Shown piece by piece: positions 11,719 through 26,700 of a stretch of DNA of 64,000 bases. The notes beneath the pieces were generated by a model. It worked only from the letters and a program-made list of their open reading frames with translations, was not told where the DNA came from and ran no database searches. Each line of letters starts with the position of its first letter. Positions within the stretch are counted from its first letter, which is position 1. Location: contig NW_002060953.1 of NCBI RefSeq assembly GCF_000150275.1, positions 1,151,693-1,215,692 of the forward strand, given 5' to 3'. The position numbers were made by a program, and so were the translations under genes. The stretch is from Trichoplax adhaerens (Eukaryota; Animalia; Placozoa).

Positions 11719-14700
11719 GTTCATTTCCCTATTGCTAATCACGATATAGGTCTATTTGAATACTACGTCAATATTCAATGATGCTGAATTTCTTGATTAA
11801 AACTATTCTCATTTCTTGTAGAATAAAAAGCATTACTACTATTCAATAATCAGGCTGAATTATTGCAGAAAGGTTACCAACAATAGAAATCAATAAAAGA
11901 TTTTAAACTGGCCAATTAATATTTGATTTTTATTCTATCAGTTGCACCTGCCGCCTAGTAAATAGCAATAGACGTAGCGTTTGTATACTGACCAATAATG
12001 AAATTTTAATATAATTATTACAATATAAAGAATTTGTTAGAAAAAATAATTGAAGCAAATGTAATCATCCATGTAAGATTTTATCCAACTATTAATACTG
12101 ATTGACACGACAGAAACGATATCATTCATTACTATCCGTAGCATATTTTGCTATCTTAGTTACCTTGATCGACTCCTTATTCACGGTAGCGATATAGCTA
12201 ATGATGAAAATTAGGCGAAAATATCGATTAATTCAAATACTGAGAGTCCAAAGGGTGTGGGCCATTGATAGTTGCTATGATTAATTATGATATTTGATTG
12301 AAAGGGATTGATTAAGGGAACAAAACGAGTTTTAAGCTTTTTTTGATTTTTACGCATCGAATTAATTGTAAGAAGAATATTTATCGTAAGAATAAGAAAA
12401 TATGAGATAGAAGAAAGCTTAATAGAAAATCTGTTGTTTTGACTAGCATAGTTCAAGTCCATTATTGTGTTGATATCATGATTTACTTCACAAATACAAT
12501 GAAGATATTTTTTAACTTTGATTGAATTGAATCAATAAACTTACGTACATATTGACATTTCTACAGGCGTTCAAATCATGACTGATAGCTACTATGGAGT
12601 TGAAAGCTAAATTTCAGTATTTTTCGCCATTTCAAAATCTTAAGGAAATAATCCCGCTAATTAAATAAATGTTGACGTCTATAATTAAAATGAAATCATA
12701 TTTTTATTCTTACCGGCTGCTTTCTACATTTCCGATGAGACTGATGACAACCCATCTCTTATAAAAATTTTTGTTAGATAACTTTTAATCCGTTCATGAA
12801 ACTGTATTATACCGTACCTAAGTGGGCTTCAAAGCAATGAATTCAACTGAAATACTCCACCTTCTAATGTTAACGATACGGAAGATTAAATGTCAAATGA
12901 ATAATGATCATGCCAGTAAAAGGCTTATTAATCTGAATTTAATATTAAAAATACCATTAGTTATACAGCACTAATTACATATTTCAGTTACAAAGAGAAG
13001 CTCGTGTTGTTTTTGTTACTAATTACATCACTTAATCAATGGATAGACTACCTATTTAAGTCAATTTAAATTGGCGATCTATTAACTTACGTTTCGTGCA
13101 TATGATTATCAAAGCTAAGGTATCTTATGGTTAACATCTAGGTTGATATTGTCACCAAACAACTTATTTTAGGCAACCGTCCTCCTCCAAACCCCAGTCT
13201 AGAACTAAAATCAAGCCTAATCTTCAGCCCAATATTGAGTCTTGTAAGTATTTGAATAACAGCTATTGAAATTTTATTACTGTTCTGACACCAGCAACAT
13301 GTTTTGCTGATACTATAGTAACCAAAATAAACGCTGTGAAGCGCTCGCTAGTCCTTAAAAGATTGCAGTCATAGATCTTTATTAAATTTGATACAAATCA
13401 GTAATGTTGCTATAGATTAAATAAGATGCTAGGTTAATACCATTCGGCAAGTTGAGAAAATCCCTCTAAAGTTTTCAAATTTCAAAATCGTTTTACCTAG
13501 TTTATTAAATTCTATCATAATGGAGAATATTTGATTGTTTCTATTTTCTAAACAATTTTTTATTTTTATCCCAGGCAATAGGATGCTAATTTTAAGATTG
13601 TTAAGATTATACCTAATAAAATAGAAAAATTACTTATTTGGTAATATTTAAACTAGCAACCGCTAGTTTATGGAGGTAGTAAGGCTCTTTATAAATGCTT
13701 CAGCATTGAATTAATTAATTAACTCTTAATCTCAAATACTGTATTTATATCACTCTTGTATCACATGATTGAACAATTCTTCTATAGCAAGTAATACAAT
13801 ACTCCTCTAAAGGAGATCATTCCATAAAAAGCGACTTTCAGTAAAAGACGCAGAAATGCTATTAAGATTCGTAGAATAGTAAATATACAGAAAAACGAAA
13901 TAAAAATTTTTAAAAGAATGTGAAATTTTATGAGAATTAACATGACTTTTATAATATCAATAAAGAGTGCTAATCTGTACTTAACATGTATGTCTTAATA
14001 AAATTTTAAAAGGTGGACATGAATTATCTTTAAGGGCCGATAACGTTTTCAGACGGAAAGAAATAATGCAATTATCGAGAAGGAAGTACAAATCATATGG
14101 ACTGCTTAATTTAGAACTGTTTATATGACCGATTTATTCGGACTTTTGCGAATAATTTCTATGGTCTAAAGTAATGAATTGGCATGTAGTTTGGATAGCA
14201 TACACCTGAATGTAATAGTAATACTACAGCATTAATGGTACAGGAGTTATGGCATGATCTAGTAATCACATTAACTACCAAACAGCAATCATTTTTTAAT
14301 TTTATACCGATTCAGTTAGCAGACCCAGTTAGCTACCCTTCGAAATTTATTTATTATCGACTTAACTATAAAAGTCATATTTGAATCCTATATGAATGGA
14401 AGGAAACGAATAGGTTAAATGACAAGTGTCTAACAGGCTTAGGAAATGCAAATTTAGTTTTAGTACCAAAACTTTCATTTTATTTTTAATCATTTACCAT
14501 CACAAAAAATAGCTGTAATATAATAAAAATTAAAGTCTAGTTATGAATAAATAATCCTTAATAATGAAACAAATGATCATAATTTTCACTAGATTGATAT
14601 GTACCTAATTGCAAATTGACGACTTTTATAAGAACTAACATATGAACATAGGCTGTCAAATTTACATTTTATTGATTTTTGTATCCGTATATTGCAATTA

Positions 14701-17700
14701 TACTTTTTTAAATATGGCTAAGATAAAGTTAACACCCTCTATTATTAATTATCATAGCTTTCTAGAAGTTTCGTTTTAGGATTGGTATCAGCGACTGCGA
14801 TGTACTTCTCATATGAGGTTGATTTATTTATTTAGCTTAGCGGTAATTCTCTTATCGTCTTACTCAGTTATCATCTAGTAATAGATCTAAATCTGATTCA
14901 TAACGGCTGAAGAGAACCTATCCCGTCAAAGTGAATTATTCTGCTACAAAGCAAACATTAAACTTAATATCTGCATACCATTGCCAAGCAATCTATTTCG
15001 TGCTAATCAATTATTTAGAACGTTTAAAAATATATTGCAATCTAATATTTCAAATGCCTTAAATGTGAAGTCTTAATAGCTTAAATTTTTATGTCTTCGC
15101 TACATTATATCATCTGAATAAAATTGATTAAGTTTTCTGTGATTGGTCTCTTACTTAAAAATAAAGCTAAGCTCTTGTTTCATCTGGAAAGAAAATGGTA
15201 ATGACAATATGACTGGAAATATCATATCTGTATTAAGTAGTAATCATAAAAAAATTTGTGAACCAAACATTCTGTGTAGTATAAAGAACTTAAAAATCAG
15301 TTCATTTTAGCACTTTATCTTCCTATCGATACACACATTCGTATTTATCTTACCATACATAACCATTAAATCGTATACATTAAATCGTATACTAAAGCTG
15401 TCTGATTTTTTTCTACAGAATTTAACGTCGAGGATAAATTTTTGTTAGACGTTTGTTTTTAAATTAACCAACTCTTTCCAATTACTGCGAATCATTTATC
15501 CAGATTGATTAAGAAACATTAATGTGAAGTAACTAGAGAGGAAGTAAAGGAACGAAAATTTATTAACTCCTGAGAATTTATCAACCTATTCCAAGAGTAA
15601 AAATTACAAATAGAAAAAATATACTAGTATAAAAATTTGCATCAAGTTTCCAGACAGATTCAATGCTTACATGGTACTAAAATAACAAGTAAATTAGCGA
15701 TAAATAAGGCTAATTTGAGGAGGAAAGTTATGCATGTAAAAATTTTAGCTTATTGCGATAGTAAGATATACAGTCAAAATTTGCAGGCAATTATTGTGAA
15801 AATTTAAAGAAAATACAGATCGGCAAGCAGTCTTATGGTCGAATCTAGTTATTGAGCCTATCCAATCTCACATTTGAAACTAAGTCTAATTTCCAAAGTA
15901 GAACATTTTTATTGGCTTTTAGAATCTCTTTATAATACCAAGCATTAAATAATAATAATTAAAATATAGTAATCCAAAGAGTTTCATCAATCCATCAATA
16001 TAATTGATTATGTAAAATTCAGATAGTTAATACCTTGAGATTCCTTTTAAATGTTATGCAGCTAATAGAATTTTTCGGAAATGTATATCTAATACTAAAT
16101 TTAATTATTATGAAAAAACACTATGGTAAATCTTTAAACGCAGTATTAAGATTTCTCCTAAAAACATCAATTTTCCGATAACTTACGAAAGGCGTACAAA
16201 TAATTATTCTAATAGGTTACGAATCTATCACCTGATTTTTCAATTGTGTCTCAGCAATTGGGCTCAGAATGATCGATAGGAGGGTTATCAGAAAAATCAA
16301 AGAAAGAATGCATATTAACGTGCAATAGATATTTTTAATTTACTTTACAATAAAGTTCATATATGGAAAAGCTATCAAAGCTAAACTATGAGGATTTAGG
16401 TTCACTAAAGTTTCACTGCAATATTAATCAACGGCCGTTTCCTAGATGAAAGGCATTGGCTTTCATAATCTACTTAAATTTTAGTATGATATTCTACAGT
16501 CACGTTATCTATAAGAAGTGATCGCCAAATTTTGCCTTATGACCGAATGTTTAAGTATGTCAGGCAAAGTTTCATAAATTATTATGCCAAAAATGTGGTA
16601 AAATAATGATAGTCCTTAGTAGTAGTTAATTAAAAATTTAATCCCTGAAGGTTCAGATGTAAGTAATGCAGCCAAATCAATTTTTGAGGGAACCAATACT
16701 ATTAATACTATTGGAATCATAGCTATTGCTTTTAAAATTACAGATATTATGCTTGATTACGGAAATGTCGATCTGTGATTACTCAAAGTAGCCGTTAATT
16801 TTATCATAGCAGCTAAGTCACAAAACCCATAATAAAATACAATGTGGGTTAATGCCATCAGCGTTCGTTACCGGCATTGTCAATTTAATTGCAACAATAG
16901 AACTCAATAGCTATTATATATTATCTACAGCCTATCTGCAACATCCTGTTGACGACTTAATAGAATTGGAATAATTGATTTAGTAAGCCATTAACGAATT
17001 ACTTAAAAATGATCTACTAATAAATCCTGCTTCTAATAAAAATTTTATCGTAGCAAGACGAGGTACAATCTATATTATACAATAATATGAAAATATTGGG
17101 AGTTTGGCTAAGCTAGTTGATTTTTGCAGAATATACTACGATGCAAAAGAATGATTTTATAATCGAATAACTGGTAATTATTACAGTCTAGACCTATTGT
17201 CAGTAAAGTAAAGGATAGAAAATTTTGTTTTGGCTTAACTTTAAGTTATTCTTTATGAAAAAATTTTATTTCACAGTAATTTATTGCGAATTAGGAATCG
17301 GTATTTATCAGCAACTGCTTGTGGGATAAGCTTTATTGCAACGGGATATTTACAATGCTTAATTTTAAATTAGTTATACTGGAATATAATTGCAATTGCA
17401 TCGAACAATTCCAATTTAAAGATATCAATTCGATTAATTTTCACTAATATGTAATTATGTTATTACTTAAGGGAAATAAATGCTTGTTACGATCCTGAAA
17501 TAGCTAGTTCACGAACTCTCATTTGTACTTTATAGGAATCTTGAATCATAACCAGTAGCATTGATCAGTTTGTTATGAATCGCTGTAATGTATGAGTATT
17601 TTCAGATACATCATGATCTTGTAAAGCAACGTAATATTGCATATATATATTTATCTTGTGCTCACTGATTGCACTATAAAATGTTGTAGCAAACATAGGG

Positions 17701-20700
17701 TCAAGATGTAATGGAACTAATAATTAAAACATTAAATAAATGTTCTTAAAGGAATTATATATTGCCTCAAAAAGTGGTGGATATCAAATAGTGAAGACAA
17801 ACTACACATAAACTCTAATTAAGGGGTTAAATTACTCTGTAATGATACCAAAGTAGAGAGGCAAATGAAATCTAGCTAACTGTAAGGTATTAAGAGAGGA
17901 GAATAGAAGTAAGTAGAGTAAACAGATTCAGTATAGGACATTGTTCTGCATAACCAAAATTATTTAAATGATCTATATCATAATTGATGAATTGGGTTAG
18001 AATTTTACAGAATTTAAATATCCCATTTTACGGAGTAACTTTTACGTAACTGTCGTAATATAAATTCCATAAGATAATTTTTTTCTGGGAAAGTATTTGC
18101 ATACCGCTATCTATGAGGTTTTACATATTTTTCATGGATAACTGTATAATTTTATAATATTTTCTATAAGCCATTAGTTATTATTTATATCGATTTAGTG
18201 TAAACTGACTTCACTTTTTCAATAGAGCTTGAGTTCAGTTATGTTAAAGAGAGACTAGTGGTATTTACTGTTCCTCCAGACGATATGAGACCGCCAGTAT
18301 CTAGAGTTGTACAGTAGACTAACTTCATGAGGATAAACCGACAGTAGACTCATATTGCAATTTCTATAATAGTTTTAATTTTTCCACGTTATAAATTTCA
18401 ATTTGTAACACCCTTTAAGTAACTTTACCTTATATTTAATACCCCAGTTTTTAATACTAATGTTTGAAGATTACTTTATTAGTTGACAATTTTCTAAATA
18501 TTTGTTATAGTAATTTCCGTTTATAGCTAATAAGATTAAATGTTGATGTCTAATTATACAATACCCAGCATTCTCAGCCTCGGATTCTTCGTAAAAATTT
18601 TCAAACTATAAGCGACTGCTTACCATTATTACGATAATATATATATTTATTATTCTAAGTATGCTTTGAATGAATATTTTCATATTGATATTTGACCATA
18701 AAATAGAAGTCAGTTAGATAAACGAAGCAGATTCCTCCGATATTTGTTGTTTTCGGGTTAAAATCTGTAGTAAATACTTATTCCATGCTGTAATACAGCA
18801 TGTTATCTACGCTGCTGTTAATATAAGTTCCACTAAATAGACGAAATTTTTAATGCAAGAGTCAAAGTTAATAACGATACAAGGATTTTGTAAAATTTGC
18901 TTAGAAGATTGAAGCCAGATACGGTTATTATCACTAATAGCTTTTCACCGTATCACTGTCTATCTTGCTATTTTAGACTTTTGAGCAGGGTTATCAAACT
19001 CATTTTAGCAGTTTAAAGTATTTCACCATTTATTAGAATGAGCTACAACACTAGCATTTGTCAGTATCGGCTATGATGATCAATTATTTACGGCTGTAAT
19101 AGTCTCAGCTAATTGCAGTAGTATTGTATGTGGCTAATAGGATAAAATGGCGCGTTTGTACTGTTTATGGCATGAAACTGGGATTCATAAGTTAAGGCCG
19201 TATCTGAAAAATAAATCTAGTAATAGCAGGAAACTATTACACGGTCATTACAATAGCATACCGTTAAAGTGTTATATAATTGAGTTCTCGAAAATGATAG
19301 ACACGTATAGAGTCGTAAAATTTCATTTTTAAGAACTTTATTCGGGCAGCAATAAACGGAAGCGTCTAAATACAGGCCGATTTAAAACTTTTGACTAAAT
19401 CTACTATAATATCCGGTCGTGTCTTTGATAATTAAGAAGGATCATGATGCACTACTGCAATTGTAAGGAAGAAAATCATACTATAAATGCTATGAGATCT
19501 GAAGTGTAGCGAATGATTACTTTTGTGATGGGAAGCATATGATACAATCATTAGAATTATATGGGAGCTAAGTGGGTTTGAAACTAGGAGTCTTTATGTA
19601 GCAGCAAGTTGTAAAATATTGGCGATGCAAAAGTTTCAATTGTATTGAATTTATTCCTATACCACCTTAATACAGTATTCGATTTATCCAATTAAAGGGT
19701 TTGTAGCCTTAAAAGAATCACCTACAGAAATTACATTAGCAGTTTTCAAAGTTATTTTTATCAAACGCTTTTATAACATCTTTAATCCCACGAATGGCAC
19801 TCTTTAATAAATAATTTTATTTTTATTGTTTAACGTTTATGTACTCGTATGGCTATTACCAACCATAATTTAATAATCGTAGATATCTTAAGACAATAGA
19901 TTGCACAAATAATAACTTTGCATAGTCATCCAGGGGTTGCAAATTTTTGCATTCTTAGAAGGGTAAAGGTAAGACCACAACATCTTTATTTTTAAATTTG
20001 ACAAATTGTGCAAGTGGTTGTATTTCAATGTAGTGATGGAGGGTTCGATGAGTCAGTGTTAGCGGATTTATTTGCCATGTGGAGGAATATGCAAGGCTTT
20101 TAGTAGATAAGGGATATTTTATTGTAGATTATAATTACATACAATGTAGTAGATACGACGAGCAGCATGTAAGCTGTCGTAAAGTTAGGCAAGGAAATAA
20201 TAACATTGCGCTCATTGCAAGTGACAATAGCTGATACAGAAATCATCATTATTCATAGCTTTAAGATAGAACACATGCAGAAAACAAAACTGTAGAATTA
20301 AATTCAACATTCATCTAACTGTCTACATAGATATTACGTGCGATAGTTTGTAAGCGGTTCCGGACACTGTTAGTGATATAATAAATATAGATAACGATCC
20401 ATATTTATAGAAAGGATGTGAGATTGTAAGTAGCATCTCTACATTTGAGAATTTGATAGCATCATGAAATCATGGTATGATCATAGTAAATTAAAAATAT
20501 GGAGTATGACACCATAGCTAACTTTTTTTGGGCTTAGAAAGCGAATGAGATGTTATTCAAATGAACAAGTTAGAGATTCTATATTTACAAAAAATATTTA
20601 AATCAACATGATCTTAGTTACTATGATAAGGATTTGAAAAGTTTTGGAAATTTAAGCTGACATTTCCTAATAAAATTACGAACTACATACTCTCAGTCAA

Positions 20701-23700
20701 GATCCCGAGCAAACTGTTTCCTATCCATTTCAGCAGATACAGTCTTATATTTTGCCAGATTAATTTAGTAATGGCATAAACTTTCTATTGCATAACTATA
20801 TAGAAAAAAGGTTATTTGACTATCCATAGATGATAATAAAGTATTAGCTATTAGCCGTTATATCACGTGTTAATGATGATTTACGTAATGTATTTAGTTA
20901 TTGGTACACCCTTAAGGTGATACTGCGATAGAATTTATCCATCCAAGCAACTACTGCCTTTTTGTATGATTTGACGAAGAAATATGCGGATTAGATGTCT
21001 GGAGTTCGAGTTATCCAATCTTCCTTTAGAATTATCAAGCATCAGATACTAAATCGACCTCTTTGTTGGAAGTAAAAAGCGCCGAAGGGAGCCTATCCTT
21101 AGCAATTAGCTCTTAAATCGTATCCAATATCTCGTAATAACAGACTATTTTTAAATATTTCTATCAAAAATGGAGTAGCCTGATATCAATAGCTTTGGAA
21201 TGTGTTTATCGATTAGTTCAGTGGGCAATAATATAGGCATTTGTTACCATTCTATGTAAGGTACGGCCCCAAAAATTAAAAAATAATAATTATTTGTATT
21301 ACAAAAATAATTTGACAAATCTTAATAGTACTGACTGTGTTGTTAGCAAACGCGTCCCAGAATAATTGTATATAATTTAATTCTGGCAGTTCATATTCTA
21401 TTTTCGGCGCACTTTCTCATATTGAGTAATCATGTACTGTACAGAGCTTTAATCGATGATTTTGATGCATATTATGAAGTTCCGAATAGACGATCTGTTT
21501 TCGCAACTTATAACAAAAAACTAACGGACATTCATACTACTAACGGCTCTAGTTCATTTCTGTGTTGTTGCAAATTGATTATATTTGGATGGCTTACCAA
21601 GTAGAATTGGGCTATTAAACAGTTCTTTACAATTCATAATGTCATAGTTCTTCGAGGGGATAATAGAGTTTTGTCCGAATAAGTTTGATTTGATTGTTTA
21701 CAAGTATACAATAGAATTAAATACTAGTGAGATTATTTCAACCAGTTCCTATTTGAAATATGTTATACTGTTCGATATGGTAAGCTTTAAAATTACATTT
21801 TTATCATTAGTGTTATCAAAATTGCTGTAATATTGACGATAGTTTATAAACAAAGATTAACTAATATCTAATCAGCAAATGGATGAGCAAATAATATTGT
21901 TTGTTTATCTTGTTCATAGCATCGCCAATAGCTATCAGCCGGTAATATCAATGCTTGACCTTTTCAAAGGTTGATTACTTATGAAGTGTTTTCATATTTT
22001 CAGATAAGCGATCACTTCTTTTGTTAGTAAAACAGCAACAACAAAAAGGATACCGTAGCTAGGAATTAAAATTCGATTAAACGATTTCTTAATTAGGTAT
22101 TCATGCGCGTCTGCAGAAGTGGACAATAGCTTAAGTATTCTAAGAAAAACATATCGTTATTAGTTGATATATTTACCTAACAACGATATTATGAATTCTT
22201 ATTGTTGTTAATCTTTTTATAGGTAGCATATTCTGTATTACTAGTTCACGCTACGCCTTATGGATTAAGTCATAAATGGTACTGTAACAACTATTGCTGT
22301 CTTTCCGTTGTGATTAACTGTAGTAGCCGGATAAAATATTAGTCTTACTAACCGATTAATATCAATGCACGAAAACTACTATCTGTACGATATCTAGTTA
22401 TTATCTTTGTTATCTTCTTGAAAGGGTTAAAAGGTATAGAAATAGTCTATAATACGTTTTCGCGAATTGAAAATTTACCTATAAATTATAAATTGCGCAA
22501 TTTTAATGGTATTTTGATGGCTGAATGGAGGTCCAGAAATTTGCTGAAGTGGCTTAATTTTTTCTCCATATAAATTTTTAATATGAATTACTAATTGCGA
22601 CCATAATTAAAGCCGCATTTTGAATTCACTAACAACATTTTGATTATCATAACTTATTTTGAAAAGATGAGTGAGAGGAAATATATTTACCATATATTGA
22701 CATAATAAAATTTACTATATTTGGAAATTTGTTATTCGACCTATATTAATTGTTGAGACTTTGATCTCGAAGAACCATTGCTTTTCATTTGTAGGTATAG
22801 CTCCATTTAAAGTACTTCTATTCATTCTCAAATGACATCAAAATTGAATATTGACAATACTTACGTAATTATAATAACTACATGTAATCAACTCAATGAT
22901 CAATTTTATCAATAGTATCTTCAATCTCTGGTAGCATCATCTAGATTATTCTATTTACATTTGAAAGATCTAATAAATGAATGTGTTTACACAACTATGT
23001 ACAAATACCATAGGGATTCTAAAATTTTGACGACTTCCAATAATTTATTCTCAGCAACTCTTTTAAAATAAACAATTTTGTGATTTGAGGAATTTGACAG
23101 AATATGGCAGCCGAATGCGAATATGCTATCACTATTCTAAAATTTGATTTGCACTTACATCATAGATAATATTAAAGATGATGTCTTTGAATTGTAGTTA
23201 GTTTAACACTACAGCCTTTGATTCTCTTTTTTAAGAGTAACTTGTATCAAATAATAGGCAATGGTTTCGAAATAGATTTAAGAGTGTGTAATTAATTTCT
23301 ATAATTCATCACAAAAAATTAACTACTGTAAATGTTATGGCAGAAAGAAGTTGCACTTATGGCGTAGTCTTCAAATTATTTTGCTCAAGACTTACGAAAC
23401 TGACAGTAATTTATCCATGCTAAATTGTTTATAAATACTTAACATTAGCTACCTTGCACTCTACTGCATTTTAGCCTAATAGTTTACTACAAATTAACAG
23501 TAAACAAATTTTCGGAAGTTAATCGAATTACGACACCGTTTTTACGAAAATCAGCTAAGCCAGTTACTAAATGAAATATTTGGCAGTTTCTTGCTTTATA
23601 AGGTCACAATCTGGTTAAAAAATATTTCTTCATAGATAAATTTACTGACAAATAAATATCTCTATCTTGTTCGTATCGGAAATGCAAGTTAAGATATGAA

Positions 23701-26700
23701 TCTTTAAACCGAATTCTACGTTTCTAATTTATTCATGGTACGGTTCGCTATTGGAATGATAATCCGTAATTAATATCTATTTTTTGATTTCTGCTATCTA
23801 ATAAGCTATGAGTGCTGATAGTAGCAACATTTGCTATATTATTGGAAATAATATCTTTGTCTGATTAGTTTATGGCACTGGTCAAATTACTGTTAAATCG
23901 TATTGTATGGAGCCACATAATGAATTATAGGTCACTTCTTATTAATTTTGTTGCAGTAAAAAAAAAAGAAGTCTTTACCAAGGAACATTACGCGGCTTTT
24001 ATACATAACACATGGCCTGAATAATGCATTTCAACCCGTTTCAATTAGGCCACCCATCATCTAAACTACTATATTAAATAAAATTGCCTATGATTCATCA
24101 CGAAGTACTTCATTGCTAATCCTTATTGCACTTTCAAAGTACGTTACAATAGTAACTTAATTGTCTGAGCTTACGACAGATACGCTCCTGTATACATACG
24201 AGCTGAAGAGCCAAGTAGTGGGATTATTATACGCATTAATTATGATGGAGTCTTAATTCTCTTCACCAAGTATAAGAGTAACTTAAAAAAAGAGAAACAA
24301 TCTGTAGTACATATACGTTATGCAACTCTCTATTTATAGCTAATAAAATATGTCACATTATTCCATAACTATAGTCAAGATTGCCAGTGCATTAAGAATT
24401 AGTCGCACCGCAATACTGATTGATCGATAGAATATTCCTATTTTGAAAATTATCTGTTGTGTCAGTGATTTTTATCGAAAAAACAGTTTAATTTACACAA
24501 AAGTATAACAATTGCTACTTCAACTTACTAAGGCTAAATTTACTTTTAGAATTTCCTATCGTGGAAAATACATCGTTTTATATCATCCTAGAAACGTAAC
24601 TTGTAGACTAAATCATGATCGGATGGTTATTTTGCTTTCGGACGGGAGTACTGACAATTATTAAGAGCAGCAGTAAAGTGCTACAGTACTGTATAAGATC
24701 CAGATTATTTATAATTCTAACAAGAGCACAACAATGAACCTATCTATACATTTAGAATTATAATTGATGGTTTACATAAATATCAACTTCCTCAGTATAG
24801 TTTGCACTTATTATTATTAATTGTTGCAATGGGATTACGATACGGGATAATATTTTAAAAAATCATTATTTCAAGAATTACATCGCGACTGGATATTAAC
24901 CATGGCTTCATTTTTAATTAAAGTTAAATATCCACATTTTTGGATAGATCGGTAGTTATTAAAATATTTTTATTGCATATTTAATGCAATTATAACTAAC
25001 TTTTATTAGTTACCTTTATCAAATCTATAATTAAAATACAAATTAGAGCTTTAACGCAAATGCACATCAAATTAGAGACAAAACCACGAAACCTAATAGA
25101 AAGGTTCAGTTTCTGAATCAATTATTAGTATTAATTAATATGAAGCCCGTGACTAAGGGCAAGCGATCTAGCAAGAATTGGTAGTCTAATTTAGCAAGAA
25201 GGCTTAGAGTCTATTACAGAGGCTAAGATTAGCAATTTTAGCGGTAAGATCTGAATTTGATCATTTACGTAGGTAGGTTCTAGGCGAAGCAAAGTGTTAA
25301 CAATGCGGGTATATTATTTGCGCTCTGTACCAAATTTCAAGACTAAAGTCAATGCTACCATGCTTCCTAAAATCTTGCGATATTGAACTACATTACTCTA
25401 GAGTTGCGTTTAAAAAAATTAAGAGGAGCTAGTTTGCTTATTTTCCGATTTAGTTTACCTTTAGATATTTAATTTACTGCTAATTGTGTTAAAAGGATAT
25501 TGTTAAATCGATATTGGTAACCTTGAACATGCTAAGACGATGTAGATTAACTATGTTTTCGAAAAAGGTTGATTAGATCCAAACTGTTGGTTCTCCTAAA
25601 ATAGCTACTTAGTTACCGAATTACATTTTTTTATGATACACGGAAGTTCCTTTTAAAATAATGGTTATGGCTCCTGACAAAGTATATGTTTAGCTTCAAT
25701 AAAATAAAGCCCACATTGATAGGAAAATACCAAATAAACTTTACGTTCAGCTTAACGTAATCATCGAATTAGCTTAATTACCCAAACGCCTTTAGCAAAG
25801 CGGTCTTAAAGTCGAATTTTGCTTTTAGCCCTATTATAAATAGAATCTTCCGATAGCTTCATATTGCTTTTGAATGATAGAATTTGGAAAAATATCCATC
25901 AAATTTCGCTATCAGTATCTTTCAGGTGATCTTTTAAATACCAAATTATGCTGTTAAGATACTCATATTAAATTAGAAATTCTAATACAGCTTTATTTCC
26001 AGCATTATAGAACGATTTTTTTGTATTTTGCAGCGGTGCAGAAATATTTCTACTGGATCCTACCTTAGGATCCTATAGTTTAAATTTATGTAAATATTAT
26101 TTATTTATTTGATATTCTATTTTCATTGCAGTAATAATCGTTGCTTTGTTCGGTAATAAAACTTAATCGATTGTAGTAAATCTTGAAAATCATTGATCGC
26201 GTACTTTAAGTTCTCTTCTACACCCGCCTTTAGTAGTTTATACGTAGGTTAAAATATTAGAATGTTTATTAAATCCTAGTTTACTTTTGTGTAAAGGTAT
26301 ACGTTCGCATGTTTTAACCTCTTTCCTATCGATTACAATAAATTAAAGTATATTATGATCACGTCAGAAGCAAACATTAACGGATGAAATTGTTTAATAT
26401 TTATTTTCACTTCCTTAACACTCGATAAAGTCATGAATACGAATTTGATTTTACTGTATACTGAATTTGCTTCACTTATAAATGAACTAAATACTCCAAC
26501 TCTAGTGAAAATATGTAACTAGCTAAGGAAAGAACAATGAAAATATTGCTCTTTCTCCGCTTTTTAATCTTGATTTTTGATTAATCAATGATTTCTTTAT
26601 AACAAGAATAAATTGTACGTGATCGCAAACGCTTAAAATTTGAATGACGATAATATCAAGTTCCCAATACTCGTTTCTACCATCATTAAATACCATGTTA

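Noticed and set aside
13173-13243. Isolated exon-like segment (ttttag|...|gtaag)
   Set aside because: No partner exons or recognisable protein; expected by chance in 20 kb.
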